Source: Balamuthia mandrillaris (Eukaryota). From it: a stretch of DNA of 43,373 nucleotides. This document shows positions 26,001 to 38,129 of this stretch, one piece after another. The notes below the pieces were generated by a model. That model ran no database searches and was not told the DNA's origin. It saw only the letters and a list, made by a program, of their open reading frames with translations. Position numbers and translations under genes: made by a program. The stretch is taken from the NCBI GenBank assembly GCA_031835245.2, contig JAVKOQ020000109.1:124001-167373 (forward strand). Direction: 5' to 3'. The stretch's first letter is position 1, and each line of letters begins with the position of its first letter.

Positions 26001-26161
26001 GGAGGTACCTGCAAGTAGGACGTATTTGTTGGATCAAAGTCATGAGGGACGGGGTGGAGGCGTGCATCAATGTGAGGCAGGACATGATGAAGCTTATTTA
26101 CAGTAAATGAGGAAGAGGAAGCGCTTGCCACTGCAAAGAACGCTACCGCCATTGAAGCCAT
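23043..26161 (-). CDS. Tweety (TTYH) family multi-pass membrane protein, multi-exon
   Basis: The N-terminus LHHVLPHIDARLHPVPHDFDPTNTSYLQ-SIGMLAVPGAVLAILVALLSLLYVTARFCSC parallels the TTYH H.LP..D..L.PV...F.P....YQ + TM1 + RFCCC pattern. SDFCYAPD follows TM4 and C..IH.NY......C precedes TM5. The start codon (26161) is uncertain. Confidence 0.85.
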
Positions 26162-26674
26162 TTGAAGTAGGAGAATGAAACAAAGCAAGAGAGTAAGTCA
26201 CAGAGGTGCTGCAAAGCAAAAAAACAGTTGCAGAACGGAGGGCGTACAGAGTGTTGATAGCAACAAGTTGCATGCGGCATGCATCATAGGAGGCAGTTGA
26301 AGCGACCACCAGAGTTCTTCTCGTTAGGAAGAAGGAAAGTTGGCCAAAAGAAACAAAAGTGTTCGTTCTTGTCAAACGGCACACCCGCGGCCCCATGGTG
26401 AAACTTCATACAACCAAATTTCAGTGCCTTTCCAAGCGATAGTCTACCATTTTGCTGCTACTTTTGGGAAACGCCTCTTCACACCCCTCGAAGTTTCGTC
26501 CATTCGTTGAACCACATAGCCATGGAATAACCTTGCTTGAGCACGTTCGAGCGAAAACCACTGGCTGGGCTCGACAACAACACAGTCCTCGCTCTGTGCT
26601 TGATTTTTTGTCGATAAACGTCGACACGAAAAAAGATTTCTTGAAAAATTATTCATAATTTTATCCTGAATCCG

Positions 26675-26730
26675 CCGATTAATTGGCCATTATTTATGAG
26701 CGCTTTATATTGGCCAATTAATTGGGCCGT
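26675..26730. promoter_or_regulatory. Cluster of CCAAT/ATTGG boxes in the divergent promoter between the TTYH gene and receptor kinase A
   Basis: GATTAATTGGCC...ATTGGCCAATTAATTGGGCC contains several ATTGG/CCAAT words in both orientations, 55-110 bp upstream of ATG 26786. Confidence 0.4.
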
Positions 26731-26785
26731 TCCGTATTGGTGCCGCATTTGCACCCAAACAAACACAACACAAAGTAGAAAAGGT

Positions 26786-28878
26786 ATGCGGAAGGCGGGG
26801 CTTGGGGTTATTGCAGTCGTGGCATGGGCGCTATTGTGTATCTCACCCGTCAATGCGGAGGACCTGCTGTTTGAACCACTCATCGTGGAACAGAGTGAGT
26901 ACCCAGCCGTCGCGGTTTATAAGGACGAGACAGACGAAATGTGGAGCATAAGCCAAAACCAAGCCACTACCCTCGTGGTTTACAGTTTCGGTACGTCCGT
27001 CTCTCACTCTCTCTCTTTCCCTCTTTCCATCCCTCCTTTTCAGCTTCTGCTGCTTTCGCACAATATTTCTCTGGTCCATAACTAAAACTACGTCTTTGGT
27101 TTTTTTTTTGGTGTTCCTAAATGGGCTTTTAGCCACCAAAACGTTTCGAACGGTGAGCACCACAGGAAGTATTCCCGCAGTAACGAGTCGTTCAGCGGGA
27201 GGTATCATTGGAAACAAGATTTATCACGTGGGTGGCTATGGGAGTTCTGAAACACATGTTTTAGGTACGAAAAGGATTCCTTCTACAGTCTCTAAGCTTC
27301 AGTTACTGGTCTCACCCGAAAAACAATTACAAATTTTGCAGATACAGAAACCCTTGTTTGGTCTAAACTTGCAAACATGCCTATCTACTCAATCTATGGA
27401 CATGTTGTGATAACTGTCAAAGAGGAAAATAGGTTGTTTGTGTATGGAGGCTTTGGTTCGGGCTATTACAAGACGGTGTATGAATACTTTCCAGGTGCCT
27501 CTGCCTCTGCCTCTGCCTCTGCCTCTGCCTCTGCCTCTGCCTCTGCCTCTGCCTCTGCCTCTGCCTCTGCCTCTGCCTCTGCCTCTGCCTCTGCCTCTGC
27601 CTCTGCCTCTGCCTCTGCCTCTGCCTCTGCCTCTGCCTCTGCTCTGCTCTGCCTCTGCCTCTGCCTCTGCCTCTGCCTCTGCCTCTGCCTCTGCCTCTGC
27701 CTCTCCCTCTCCCTCTCCCAACGTTGTTATCCATTTTGTTCTTACTATCGCTTGGTATCAGCCAACAACTCTTGGGTCACCAAAGGCAGCGAGGGAAGTG
27801 GTGTAGCCTTCACTTATGGTGTGGCAATGGGCCAGTACCTGTTCCTCCACGCTGGAGAGGCGGGCGCGCCCAATACGAATCAATATCTCCGCTTCGAGAT
27901 GGGGACAAACTCTTGGACCACTCTTGCTCCAAGGACGTCATTGGTGGCTCGTCGTTTTCATGGAATGATCGCTGATGAGTCGAGTCTCAGCATTTGGATT
28001 GTTGGCGGTTTGATCAGCGGTGGAACAGCTGTTCATTATCGCACTCGTTTCAACTCAATTAGTACCCAACAGCCTTATGTTGATAGCTTTTCGGGATCAG
28101 CCCTTTGCTACGAGTACCTGATTGTTCATGACCCATCAGGCAATGTCTTGTGCAAAAGTATCCCCCTGTCTCGTTCATTTGGTTTTGATGTGCCCTCCGT
28201 CCTTATTCTCCTCCTTATGCAGCTGATTCCGCCTTTTACAAAATCAAACGGGGGTGCAACTATATATCTGGATGTCCACTGGTTGAAACTGCTTCTTGTC
28301 CACCGACTTACCCAATTAGGTACTTTATATATTTTTTTTATTTAAAGCTTTATTTAGGCGAGTAATTATTTCCTGTTGAAGGTGCGCATCCAAGCTGTGC
28401 GCTGCTGTTCCAGCGGAGTGTAGTGGACTGCGAACAACATGCTCAGCCGATCAAATCACATGCTTCAACGGCGCTTGTGCCACCTCCTGCGAGGCATGCT
28501 CCCTTCCAGGCTTTTCTTGCCCATCAGGAGAGATAAAATGTTGCGACGGTTCGTGCCGCAGCAGCTATGACCTTTGTCCAACTACAATTTGCACCCCTGA
28601 TAAACCTTTTCGGTACGCCACCCCTCTTGTTCTTTCTTTCCAAACACTGACATAAAAAAAACAAATGAAGTTGCTCTGATGGATTATGCAAAGCAACTGC
28701 AGCAGAATGCAACACATTGGTATCCTGTGCTTTTGGAGAAGTTGCTTGTGGGGACGGACGATGTGCGCTCGAGTCAGAATGCAAGCGAGCGTTTTGTCCA
28801 ATTTCTTCATTTTTCTGCCCTTCAGATCTGAGTTGTGCTTCACAGGTACCTGTTGTCTTGTGTGTGTTGTGTGTCTTA

Positions 28879-28954
<76 letters not shown>

Positions 28955-31900
28955 CTTGTTCTTCTTCTTCTTCTTCTTCTTCTTGTTCTTCTTGTGCTTG
29001 TTCTTCTTCTCCTTCTTCTTCTTCTTCAACACAGCATGGTTTTGCGTGTTTCTTGCATGCTTAATTGGCGTTTCTACCATTACAGGAAGAAGGATGTGGA
29101 GCAGTGCAAAGCTATTGCGGAGAAGGAAAGGTGGTGTGTTGGGATGGGAGCTGCGTGAGTTCCACGGCATTGTGTGCTCGTCCTTTGTTGTTGGAGAAGA
29201 TTGCTCCCATTTCCTTGCTCTTTGATACCACTTTGGCTGAACTGGTCCGTGTTCTCTTTCGCTCCCTTTCATTTTCTTGGTGAACAAACAACTGACAATG
29301 AATTGGAACGCATTCGTTCAGCAACTCCCAATTGCCAGTTGGATGACAGGCACAGTGCTGGGGAGCATCACAGTGGATGTGTCGGTCTTGGAGCAGAATG
29401 CAGAGATCATCTTGAAGGAGGCAAACCCAGAGAAAATGAAGCAGGCCAACTTCTCTGCGAGTGCGAAAGAGGGAAGTGAGATCATGGGTCCATGCATGGA
29501 ACTGTCAGTTGAGTTGACATCCCAACCTACCACAAGCTTTGTGAAGATCAACATGATTGTGAACTTGACCCCTAACCTGGTTCGTTGATGCTTTTTGTTT
29601 TTGAGATGGTGTACTCACTTGATGATGCTTCGATGTTGGGAAATAGAGAGCGAAGCAGTTCAGCGTGGTGCATTTGAACAACGAGACAATGGAATGGACG
29701 TTCTTGCCCACCACAGCTGGCGCAGCAGCTGGGACAACACAAGCAGAAGCGTCAGCTTCATTTGATGGTGATGGAACGTTTTGTTTGGCATATAGCGGAG
29801 ACAAACGACCCTTTCTCACTTTGGTAGCCCCCGCAGTTTTTGTTATACGAGGATCAAGCGATCTGCAGGTACCTTTCTTCCCTACTCTGCACTCCTTCCT
29901 CCTTTCTGTTCTCTCTCTCTCTCTCTCTCTCGTGGATGTGTTTTGCTTCTCAATTAAAGTTTGATGTTCAATGAAGATCGCGTTTTCACTCTCCAGTCCT
30001 GTGTGGGACGACGTCACCCTTCCCTTTACTACCGTTGGCACCGCTGAGGAAGGCACAGACTACACTCTCTTTTCGGAGTCCAAAAGCCCAGCAGTATTCT
30101 CGGCAGGATCCAGCTCTGTGAAACTGATCCTGTTCTTCCCAGAAGCATCTTTCACAGGCTACCGCACCTTGCAGTTCCAGTTCTCGGAAGCAACACCAGC
30201 ACAGATCGAGGTGCCGGATGTGGAGATTGCCACCATCCTTCTGACCAACACCTTTCTCACTCTTTCTTCAGAGGACATACTGGCCATCTTTCCTGCCATT
30301 AGTTTGCTTCATCAACTGATTCCCTTCAAGGATGAAATAGAGTTGATCGAGAATCAGTTGGAGGTTACGATCGAAGGGATCGTAGAAATGGACCGCAATG
30401 GCACAGAGCTTGTGTATCATCCCTTTCCTTTGGCTCAAGAGTTCACCACCACTCTTCTTGGAGAAAACGCGCTGAAGCTCAGCGGCCTAGTGCCTTTGCT
30501 CAACCAATCGGTATCTCTGGAAGCCACATTTCGCCTGAATAGCACACAAGTCTTGGACCTTTCCCCTTCGGAAGAGACCAGAGATGAGATGACCACCATC
30601 GAAAGCCTGGCATTGTTCTTGGACCTCACGATGGGTTCGTGGGAGTTGCACCCATCCACAGCTTATCTGGAGCTCTCTGTGAAGCTGGCCAGCAGCGATG
30701 GCATGCTCACTCCCGTGACCACATCACCAGACGAGGGCAACCACAACGACACCACTTCGGAGAGGCGAACGGCACGGACACTGAGCAACCAGAACGACAG
30801 TGTGGTGACAGCCTTTCGCAGCGAACACACCTGGATTTGGCTGGAATCATCCCTTGTGGGGGAGATGGGCGGCAATGATGTCCCGCGCGTTGTGCTGACA
30901 GACGATGGCAAGCCCATGATTCACTTCACCCTCCCTTCATCAGGAGATGGCGTGCAGTTCCATTCGTTGATGGTTCTGCGAAGAAACACAGAAGTGGTGG
31001 AGGAAGACAAGGAAGATGAGGATACAAACTTGTTGGTCATCATTTTGCCAGCAGCAGGCGGTGGCTTGTTGCTGCTGATTTGTTTGGCGGTGATCTTGTT
31101 GGTGGTGGTGCTTCGCCTGGGAAAGCGCCACCACAAGACCAAGAAGGACCTGGAGTCGGCTGTGGAGATGGCAGAACCGTCAGAGTACCTCTCCAACTTC
31201 AACTCCAAGTCTGGCACACAAAAGAAGAACAAGGGAGTGAGCAGGAGCAACACCAACGGCTCAGCCTTGAGCAGCTTGAGCGTGGGGGAGATGTTCGCCC
31301 TGGATTACAACGAGTTGGAGTTTGGCAAGCAGATCGGCCAAGGATCGTTCGGGGTGGTGTACCAAGGAGAATGGCGGCTGACGCCAGTGGCCATCAAGCT
31401 GCTGAACAACCTCAAGCAGGAACAACTGGAGGAGTTCCAGCAGGAGGTGGAGCTCATGCAGAACCTTCGTCCCCACAGCAACGTGGTGCTGTTGCTGGGG
31501 GTGTGCGTGCATCCGGAGCACCCCTTGTGCATCGTGACGGAGCTCTTGCCGAAAGGCAGCTTGTTGGACTTTTTGAAGAGTCAGGAGGCCGCCAACCTCA
31601 ACCACAAGGACCTGCTGAGGATTGCCAAGGGCATTGCAGCAGGCATGCAGCATCTCCATGCGGAGCAGATCGTGCACTGCGATCTGTCAGCGAGGAACAT
31701 CTTGTTGACGGAGACATTGGAGGCCAAGGTGGCGGACTTTGGGATGTCCCGTGTGTTGAGTGCAGATGAGGAGCAACACAAGACCCTCTCCAATGTTGGC
31801 CCTGTTCGCTGGATGGTTTGTGCTTCACTCTTATCGTCTCCTGTATTTTCCTTTTTTCAGATTTCCTCTTGCACCTCGTTCTGATGTCAACACAACACAA

Positions 31901-32193
31901 CACAGGCACCAGAAAGCATCAAAGACAGAGTGTACTCAGAGAAAACAGATGTGTGGAGCTTTGGAGTGGTGTTGTGGGAGATTGCAAGCTTTGGGGAGAT
32001 GCCATACAAGCAACTGACCCCCATGCAGGTGTCCGTCCAGGTGGTGACGGAGGATCTTCGTTTGGAGCCTCCAGAAGGAGCACCAGAGGTGTTTGGGGAG
32101 TTGATGATGGAGTGCTTTGCAAAGCGACCAGAGGATCGTCCTTCCTTCAAATCCCTTCATTCTCGCCTTCACACCACCTTCAAACAAAACTAA
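26786..32193 (+). CDS. Receptor tyrosine-kinase-like protein, copy A (signal peptide, Kelch repeats, C-x-D/N-G-x-C Cys-rich repeats, beta-sandwich, Calx-beta-like, TM, TK/TKL kinase)
   Basis: Signal peptide MRKAGLGVIAVVAWALLCISPVNA. Kelch-like IYHVGG, LFVYGG, LFLHAG, IWIVGG. Cys repeats CFNGAC, CCDGSC, CSDGLC, CGDGRC, CWDGSC. Calx-beta-like TVGTAEEGTDY...FSAGSS. TM at about 31030-31115. Kinase motifs GQGSFG, VAIK, HCDLSARN, DFG, GPVRWM|APE (split by an intron) and DVWSFG. Confidence 0.9.
27497..27719 (+). repeat. (GCCTCT)n hexamer microsatellite filling an intron of kinase A
   Basis: About 35 tandem GCCTCT units start right after the donor at 27495. The acceptor is at about 27761. Confidence 0.95.
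28878..29026 (+). repeat. Compound (GTT)n/(CTT)n microsatellite in a kinase A intron; a related tract lies at about 34285-34395 in kinase B
   Basis: Direct inspection of the sequence. Confidence 0.9.
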
Positions 32194-32418
32194 CCCTTTG
32201 TATTTAATTAAAAACCCAAAGTCAAACCCGAGGGGGAAAAAGCGAACGGGTGGCAAAACATCAAAGCCATTTGTAATGGAACATTAACTCTTATATTAAA
32301 ACGTACTTTCAACCAATGAAACAACTCCCTCTGTAATTTATAATTCGTTACCCTCATTTGGTTCTCCTCTTATCTCCCTATTTTCCCAGTGGAGTAGTAA
32401 TAGAAAGAAAAAATAAAC

Positions 32419-35400
32419 ATGGGTGGTAGTGTACGAGGTGGCGTTCTAGTTGTGTTGTTGTGGTGTTGGTGCCTCTGCAGCGCTCCTTCCGTTATAGCAG
32501 AAGACTTGCTGGCAAGACAGCACGTTACTGGCTCGTTTCAGACGCCAACTGTTGCAGTTTACAAAAAGGCAACGGACGAAGCGTGGTTCATTAGCGAAAA
32601 CCAGGCTACCACTCTTGTTGTTTATAGCTTTGGTAGGCTTCCTTCTCTTCCTCTTCTTGTTTTTTCTTCTCAACCAGGCGGCCATTAATTCCCAGTTTGC
32701 GCTGGTTCTGTTGTCAAACAGCAAATAAAACAACTCGTACGGTCCAAACCAGCGGCGCCAGTCCTTTCGCTACCCACGACGCTGCGGGAGGTATTGTTGG
32801 CAACAAGATCTACCACTTCGGTGGTAGGTTCGCTTCCAGCGCTTTTGTTTTAGGTAGGATGTTGTTTTTATCAGAAAAAACGTGGTTCCTCACAACACTC
32901 CAAACCGAAATTGGCCTTACTGCCCTTTCCTCTTCGCTTTTAAACTTTTACAGATACAGACAACCTCGTATGGAGTACGAGGGCAAACATACCCGTTTCC
33001 TCTACCTACGGGCATGCAGTGCTTACGATTGAAGACCAAAATAGGGTCTTTTTGTATGGAGGCTTTGCATTTCCTAACTACTTCAATAGCCTGTATGAGT
33101 ACTTGCCAGGTTCTCTTCTCTTCTTCCCTCTCTGTATTCCCCGTTTAAGGCCTAACATTGCTGCTCATGGTGAAGCCACCAACTCTTGGGTAGACAGAGG
33201 CAATTACGGGGTTGGCGTTACGTTCACATATGGGATACCAATGGGCCAGAACCTCTTCCTCCACGGAGGAGAACCCAACACCAACCAATTGCTACGCTTC
33301 AATACGGCATCCAACTCATGGAGTACTGTTCAACCAACGAGCACGCTGGCGCAACGTCGTTTTCACACAATGGTTGCTGATCAGTCTAGCCTCAGCATTT
33401 GGATAGTTGGCGGTTTGGTCACTGGTGGAACAACCATCCATCACCGAGTTCGCTTTCACACAAGCAGTGACCTGAATCCTGATGTGGACAACTTCTCCGG
33501 CTCGTTGCCTTGCACTGAGTATTACTTGGTTCATGAGCCATCTGCAAAGACCTTTTGCCTGGGTACGGCCATATTGAAGGCCATTTAACATATGCATTCT
33601 TATTTACTACGATCTCCCAGCAACTACAGGCATGTATGAAATCAAAAGGGGATGCAACTATGCCTCTGGCTGTCCGCTTATAGAAACGACTTCATCTCCT
33701 TCTTGTCCTTCTACATATCCATTTAGGTATGTATTTGTTGATGGCCCAACTACTCTTACTAAAGAATACGTATGATATCCGCAGGTGTGCCTCAAAGCTG
33801 TGCGTTGATGACCCAACAGAATGTAGTGGGCTGAGACAAACCTGCTCCGCTGATCAAATCACATGTTTCAATGGTGCCTGCGCTTCATCGTGTGAGCAAT
33901 GCGCCCCATCGGATCTCTATTGTCCACCAGGAGAGATTGTGTGCTGTGATGGTTCATGCAGAAGTAGCTATGCCCTCTGTCCAACTTCGATCTGTACTCC
34001 TGACAAGCCTTTCAGGTAAAACAGATATTCTTCTACGTCTCATTTCATATACTAGCTCATTTCTGTTGCTCTATTTCTGAATAACGAAGGTGTTCTGATG
34101 GACTGTGCAAAGCAATTGCAATGGAGTGTGGCGCTCCAAATTGTCCATTTGGAGAAGTTTCTTGCGGAGATGGGCGCTGCGCACCTGAGTCAGAATGCAA
34201 GAGAGGTTTTTGCACGAACTCCACTATCCTTTGCCCATCAGATCTGACCTGTGCTTCACAAGTACCCTATCTGCTTGTTTTTGCTGTTGTTGTTGTTGTT
34301 GTTCTTGTTCTTCTTCTTGTTCTTGTTCTTGTATTTCTTGTTCTTCTTCTTTTGCTTGTGCTTGTTCTTCTTCTCCTTCTTCTTCTTCTTCTTCAATATA
34401 GCATGGTTTTTGCATGTTTCTTGCATGCTTAATTGGCGGTGCTACCATTGCAGGAAGAAGGATGTGGAGCAGTACAAAGGTATTGCGGGGAAGGGAAGGT
34501 GGTGTGTTGGGATGGGAGCTGCGTGAGTTCCACGGCATTGTGTGCTCGTCCTTTGTTGTTGGAGAAGATTGCTCCCATTTCCTTGATCTTTGACACCACT
34601 TTAGCTGAACTGGTAAGTTAGTCCCATTTGTTGACAAACTTAAAAATTTTATTTGCTGATAAACCATCCCAATGGGTATGTGGACGTTCAGCAACTACCG
34701 ATAATTAGCTGGATGACAGACACAGTGCTGGGGAGCATTACAGTGGATGTGACAGTCTTGGAGCAGAATGCAGAGATCATCCTGAAGGAGGCAAACCCAG
34801 AGAAAATGAAGCAGGCCAACTTCTCTGCAAGCGCGAAAGAGGGAAGTGAGATCATGGGTCCATGCATGGAACTGTTCGTTGAGTTGACATCCCGTCCTAC
34901 TTCGGACTTTCTTTTTATTGACATGGTTTTGGCCTTGCCCCCTAATCTGGTATGTACGGTGTAGATAACTAGCCATTTTCATACTGACATGTGGTTAACC
35001 AGAGAGAGAATCAGTTGAGTGTGGTGCATTTGAACAATGACACAACGGAATGGACCTCCTTGGCCACAACAACAATTCGAATTGCAGAATCAACGCAATT
35101 AGAAGTGTCAGCTTCATTCAATGATGATGGAACGTTTTGCTTGGCATACAACGGAGACAAACGACCTTTCCTCACGTTGGTTGCGCCAAGAGTGTTCCTC
35201 ATACGAGGGTCAAGTGATTTGCAGGTTCATTTTACCTGTTGTCTGTTCTTTTTTTTTGTTAGAATATTCCTCACCACCTCGTATTTTGCTGTTCAATGCA
35301 GATCACGTTTTCACTCTCCAGTCCTGTTTGGGACGATGTCTCACTTCCCTTTGTCACTGTTGGCACCGCTGAGGAAGGCACAGACTATCAGTTGTTCTCT

Positions 35401-37699
35401 GCCTCCAGAAGTCCAGCAGAGTTCGCAGCAGGATCCAGCTCAGTGGAACTGATCCTGTTCTTCCCAGGGACGTCTTCTTTCACAGGCTACCGCTCCTTGC
35501 AGTTCCAGTTCTCGGAAGCAACACCAGCACAGATCGAGGTGCCGGATGTGGAGATTGCCACCATCCTTCTGACCAACACCTTTCTCACTCTTTCTTCAGA
35601 GGACATACTGGCCATCTTTCCTGCCATCAGTTTGCTTCATCAATTGATTCCTTTGCAGGATGGATTGGAGCAGAGTGAATATCAATTGGAAGTAATGATT
35701 CAAGGGATATCAGAAATGGACCACAATGGCACGGAGCTGGTGTATCATCCCTTTCCTTTGGCTCAAGAGTTCACCACCACTCTTCTTGGAGAAAACGCGC
35801 TGGAGCTTAGTGGGACAGTGCCTTGGCCCAAATCCTCTCAGAATCAATCTGTGTCTCTGGAAGCCACATTCCACTTGAACAGCACACAAGTCTTGGACCT
35901 TTCCCCTTCAGAAGAGACCATTGATGAGATGACCACCATCGAAAGCCTGGCATTGTTCTTGGACCTCAGGATTGGTTCATGGGGGTTGCACCCATCCACA
36001 GCTTATCTGGAGCTCTCTGTGAAGCTGGCCAGCAGCGATGGCATGCTCACTCCCGTGACCACATCACCAGACGAGGGCAACCACAACGACACCACTTCGG
36101 AGAGGCGAACGGCACGGACACTGAGCAACCAGAACGACAGTGTGGTGACAGCCTTTCGCAGCGAACACACCTGGATTTGGCTGGAATCATCCCTTGTGGG
36201 GGAGATGGGCGGCAATGATGTCCCGCGCGTTGTGCTGACAGACGATGGCAAGCCCATGATTCACTTCACCCTCCCTTCATCAGGAGATGGCGTGCAGTTC
36301 CATTCGTTGATGGTTCTGCGAAGAAACACAGAAGTGGTGGAGGAAGACAAGGAGGATGAGAACACGAACTTGTTGGTCATCATTTTGCCAGCAGCAGGCG
36401 GTGGCTTGTTGCTGCTGAGTTGCTTGGCGGTGATCTTGTTGGTGGTGGTGCTTCGCCTGGGAAAGCGCCACCACAAGACCAAGAAGGACCTGGAGTTGGC
36501 TGTGGAGATGGTGGAGCCATCAGAGTACCTCTCCAACTTCAACTCCAAGTCCGGCACACAAAAGCAGAAGAAGAGGAACAAGGGAGTGAGCAGGAGCGAC
36601 ACCAACGGCTCAGCCTTGAGCAGCTTGAGCGTGGGGGAGATGTTCGCCCTGGATTACAACGAGTTGGAGTTTGGCAAGCAGATCGGCCAAGGATCGTTCG
36701 GGGTGGTGTACCAAGGAGAATGGCGGCTGACGCCAGTGGCCATCAAGCTGCTGAACAACCTCAAGCAGGAACAACTGGAGGAGTTCCAGCAGGAGGTGGA
36801 GCTCATGCAGAACCTTCGTCCCCACAGCAACGTGGTGCTGTTGCTGGGGGTGTGCGTGCATCCGGAGCACCCCTTGTGCATCGTGACGGAGCTCTTGCCG
36901 AAAGGCAGCTTGTTGGACTTTTTGAAGAGTCAGGAGGCCGCCAACCTCAACCACAAGGACCTGCTGAGGATTGCCAAGGGCATTGCAGCAGGCATGCAGC
37001 ATCTCCATGCGGAGCAGATCGTGCACTGCGATCTGTCAGCGAGGAACATCTTGTTGACGGAGACATTGGAGGCCAAGGTGGCGGACTTTGGGATGTCCCG
37101 TGTGTTGAGCGCAGATGAGGAGCAACACAAGACCCTCTCCAATGTTGGCCCTGTTCGCTGGATGGTTTGTGCTTCACTCTTATCGTCTCCTGTATTTTCC
37201 TTTTTTCAGTTTTCCTCTTGCACCTCGTTCTGATGTCAACACAACACAACACAACACAACACAACACAACACAACACAACACAACACAACACAACACAAC
37301 ACAACACAACACAACACAACACAACACAACACAACACAACACAACACAACACAACACAACACAACACAACACAACACAACACAACACAACACAACACAAC
37401 ACAACACAACACAGGCACCAGAAAGCATCAAAGACAGAGTGTACTCAGAGAAAACAGATGTGTGGAGCTTTGGAGTGGTGTTGTGGGAGATTGCAAGCTT
37501 TGGGGAGATGCCATACAAGCAACTGACCCCCATGCAGGTGTCCGTCCAGGTGGTGACGGAGGATCTTCGTTTGGAGCCTCCAGAAGGAGCACCAGAGGTG
37601 TTTGGGGAGTTGATGATGGAGTGCTTTGAAAAGAGACAAGATGATCGCCCTTCCTTCAAATCCCTTCATTCTCACCTTCATACTGCTTTAAAGGCATAG
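32419..37699 (+). CDS. Receptor tyrosine-kinase-like protein, copy B (tandem paralogue of copy A, same domain order and intron positions)
   Basis: Signal peptide MGGSVRGGVLVVLLWCWCLCSAPSVIA, then the same Kelch, Cys-rich, Calx-beta and TM layout. The kinase exon is nearly identical to copy A. The gene ends at TAG 37697-37699. Confidence 0.9.
37238..37413 (+). repeat. (ACAAC)n pentamer expansion at the 3' end of the last intron of kinase B
   Basis: Over 30 copies directly before the CAG acceptor. The equivalent intron of copy A (about 31888-31905) has only about 3 copies. Confidence 0.95.
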
Positions 37700-38129
37700 A
37701 AGAAAGAGTAACTATAAGCTGAGCTCAAGAATAGAGCAGGTTTGTACTGAGCCCTATCAATTAATCAAGCTAGGATTGTTGTAAAATAAAAGTTAGGGGC
37801 GGGTACTCAGAACCTACTGCATTCAGCTCCCCATGGTCCATTCTATAAAACTCTAAGTCTTCAAGTCCAATGGATAAAGTGGGACAAGGTAGCAATTTTT
37901 TTCAATTTTCTCATCACTGCAGGAGTGCCAGTTCCTGGTTGACAATAATATATTTTTTGTCGACGATTTGATAGTGAAAAACAGGGAAAATTGGGTGAAA
38001 TAATTTTAGTACATTATTTTCAGGATCCAGCATTAACTTCATTTTTCCAAGAAATAAAGAACTTTTATTTACAGCAATAAACAAAAAAAAAAAACAAAAC
38101 AAGAAACAGAAAACAAAAACAACACAAAC

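Noticed and set aside
27389..29225. ORFs with poly-RG, poly-PL, poly-N, poly-C or poly-V tracts (also the VLCC/QHNTT ORFs at 36947-37699)
   Set aside because: They are translations of intronic microsatellites.
29351..29375. RSS-like CACAGTG heptamers in the receptor kinase genes (also about 34721), raising the idea of RAG-like rearrangement of the receptors
   Set aside because: They lie in coding sequence (TVLGSITV) with no ACAAAAACC-like nonamer at 12 or 23 bp, so chance is the likely explanation.
26786..33600. Kelch domains near a RAG1-like transposase as a RAG2 equivalent
   Set aside because: The Kelch repeats are extracellular parts of signal-peptide/TM receptor kinases, lie outside the element ends, and lack a PHD finger.
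37238..37413. CRISPR-like or telomeric array
   Set aside because: It is a pure 5-bp tandem repeat with no spacers, inside an intron, and not a TTAGGG-type repeat.
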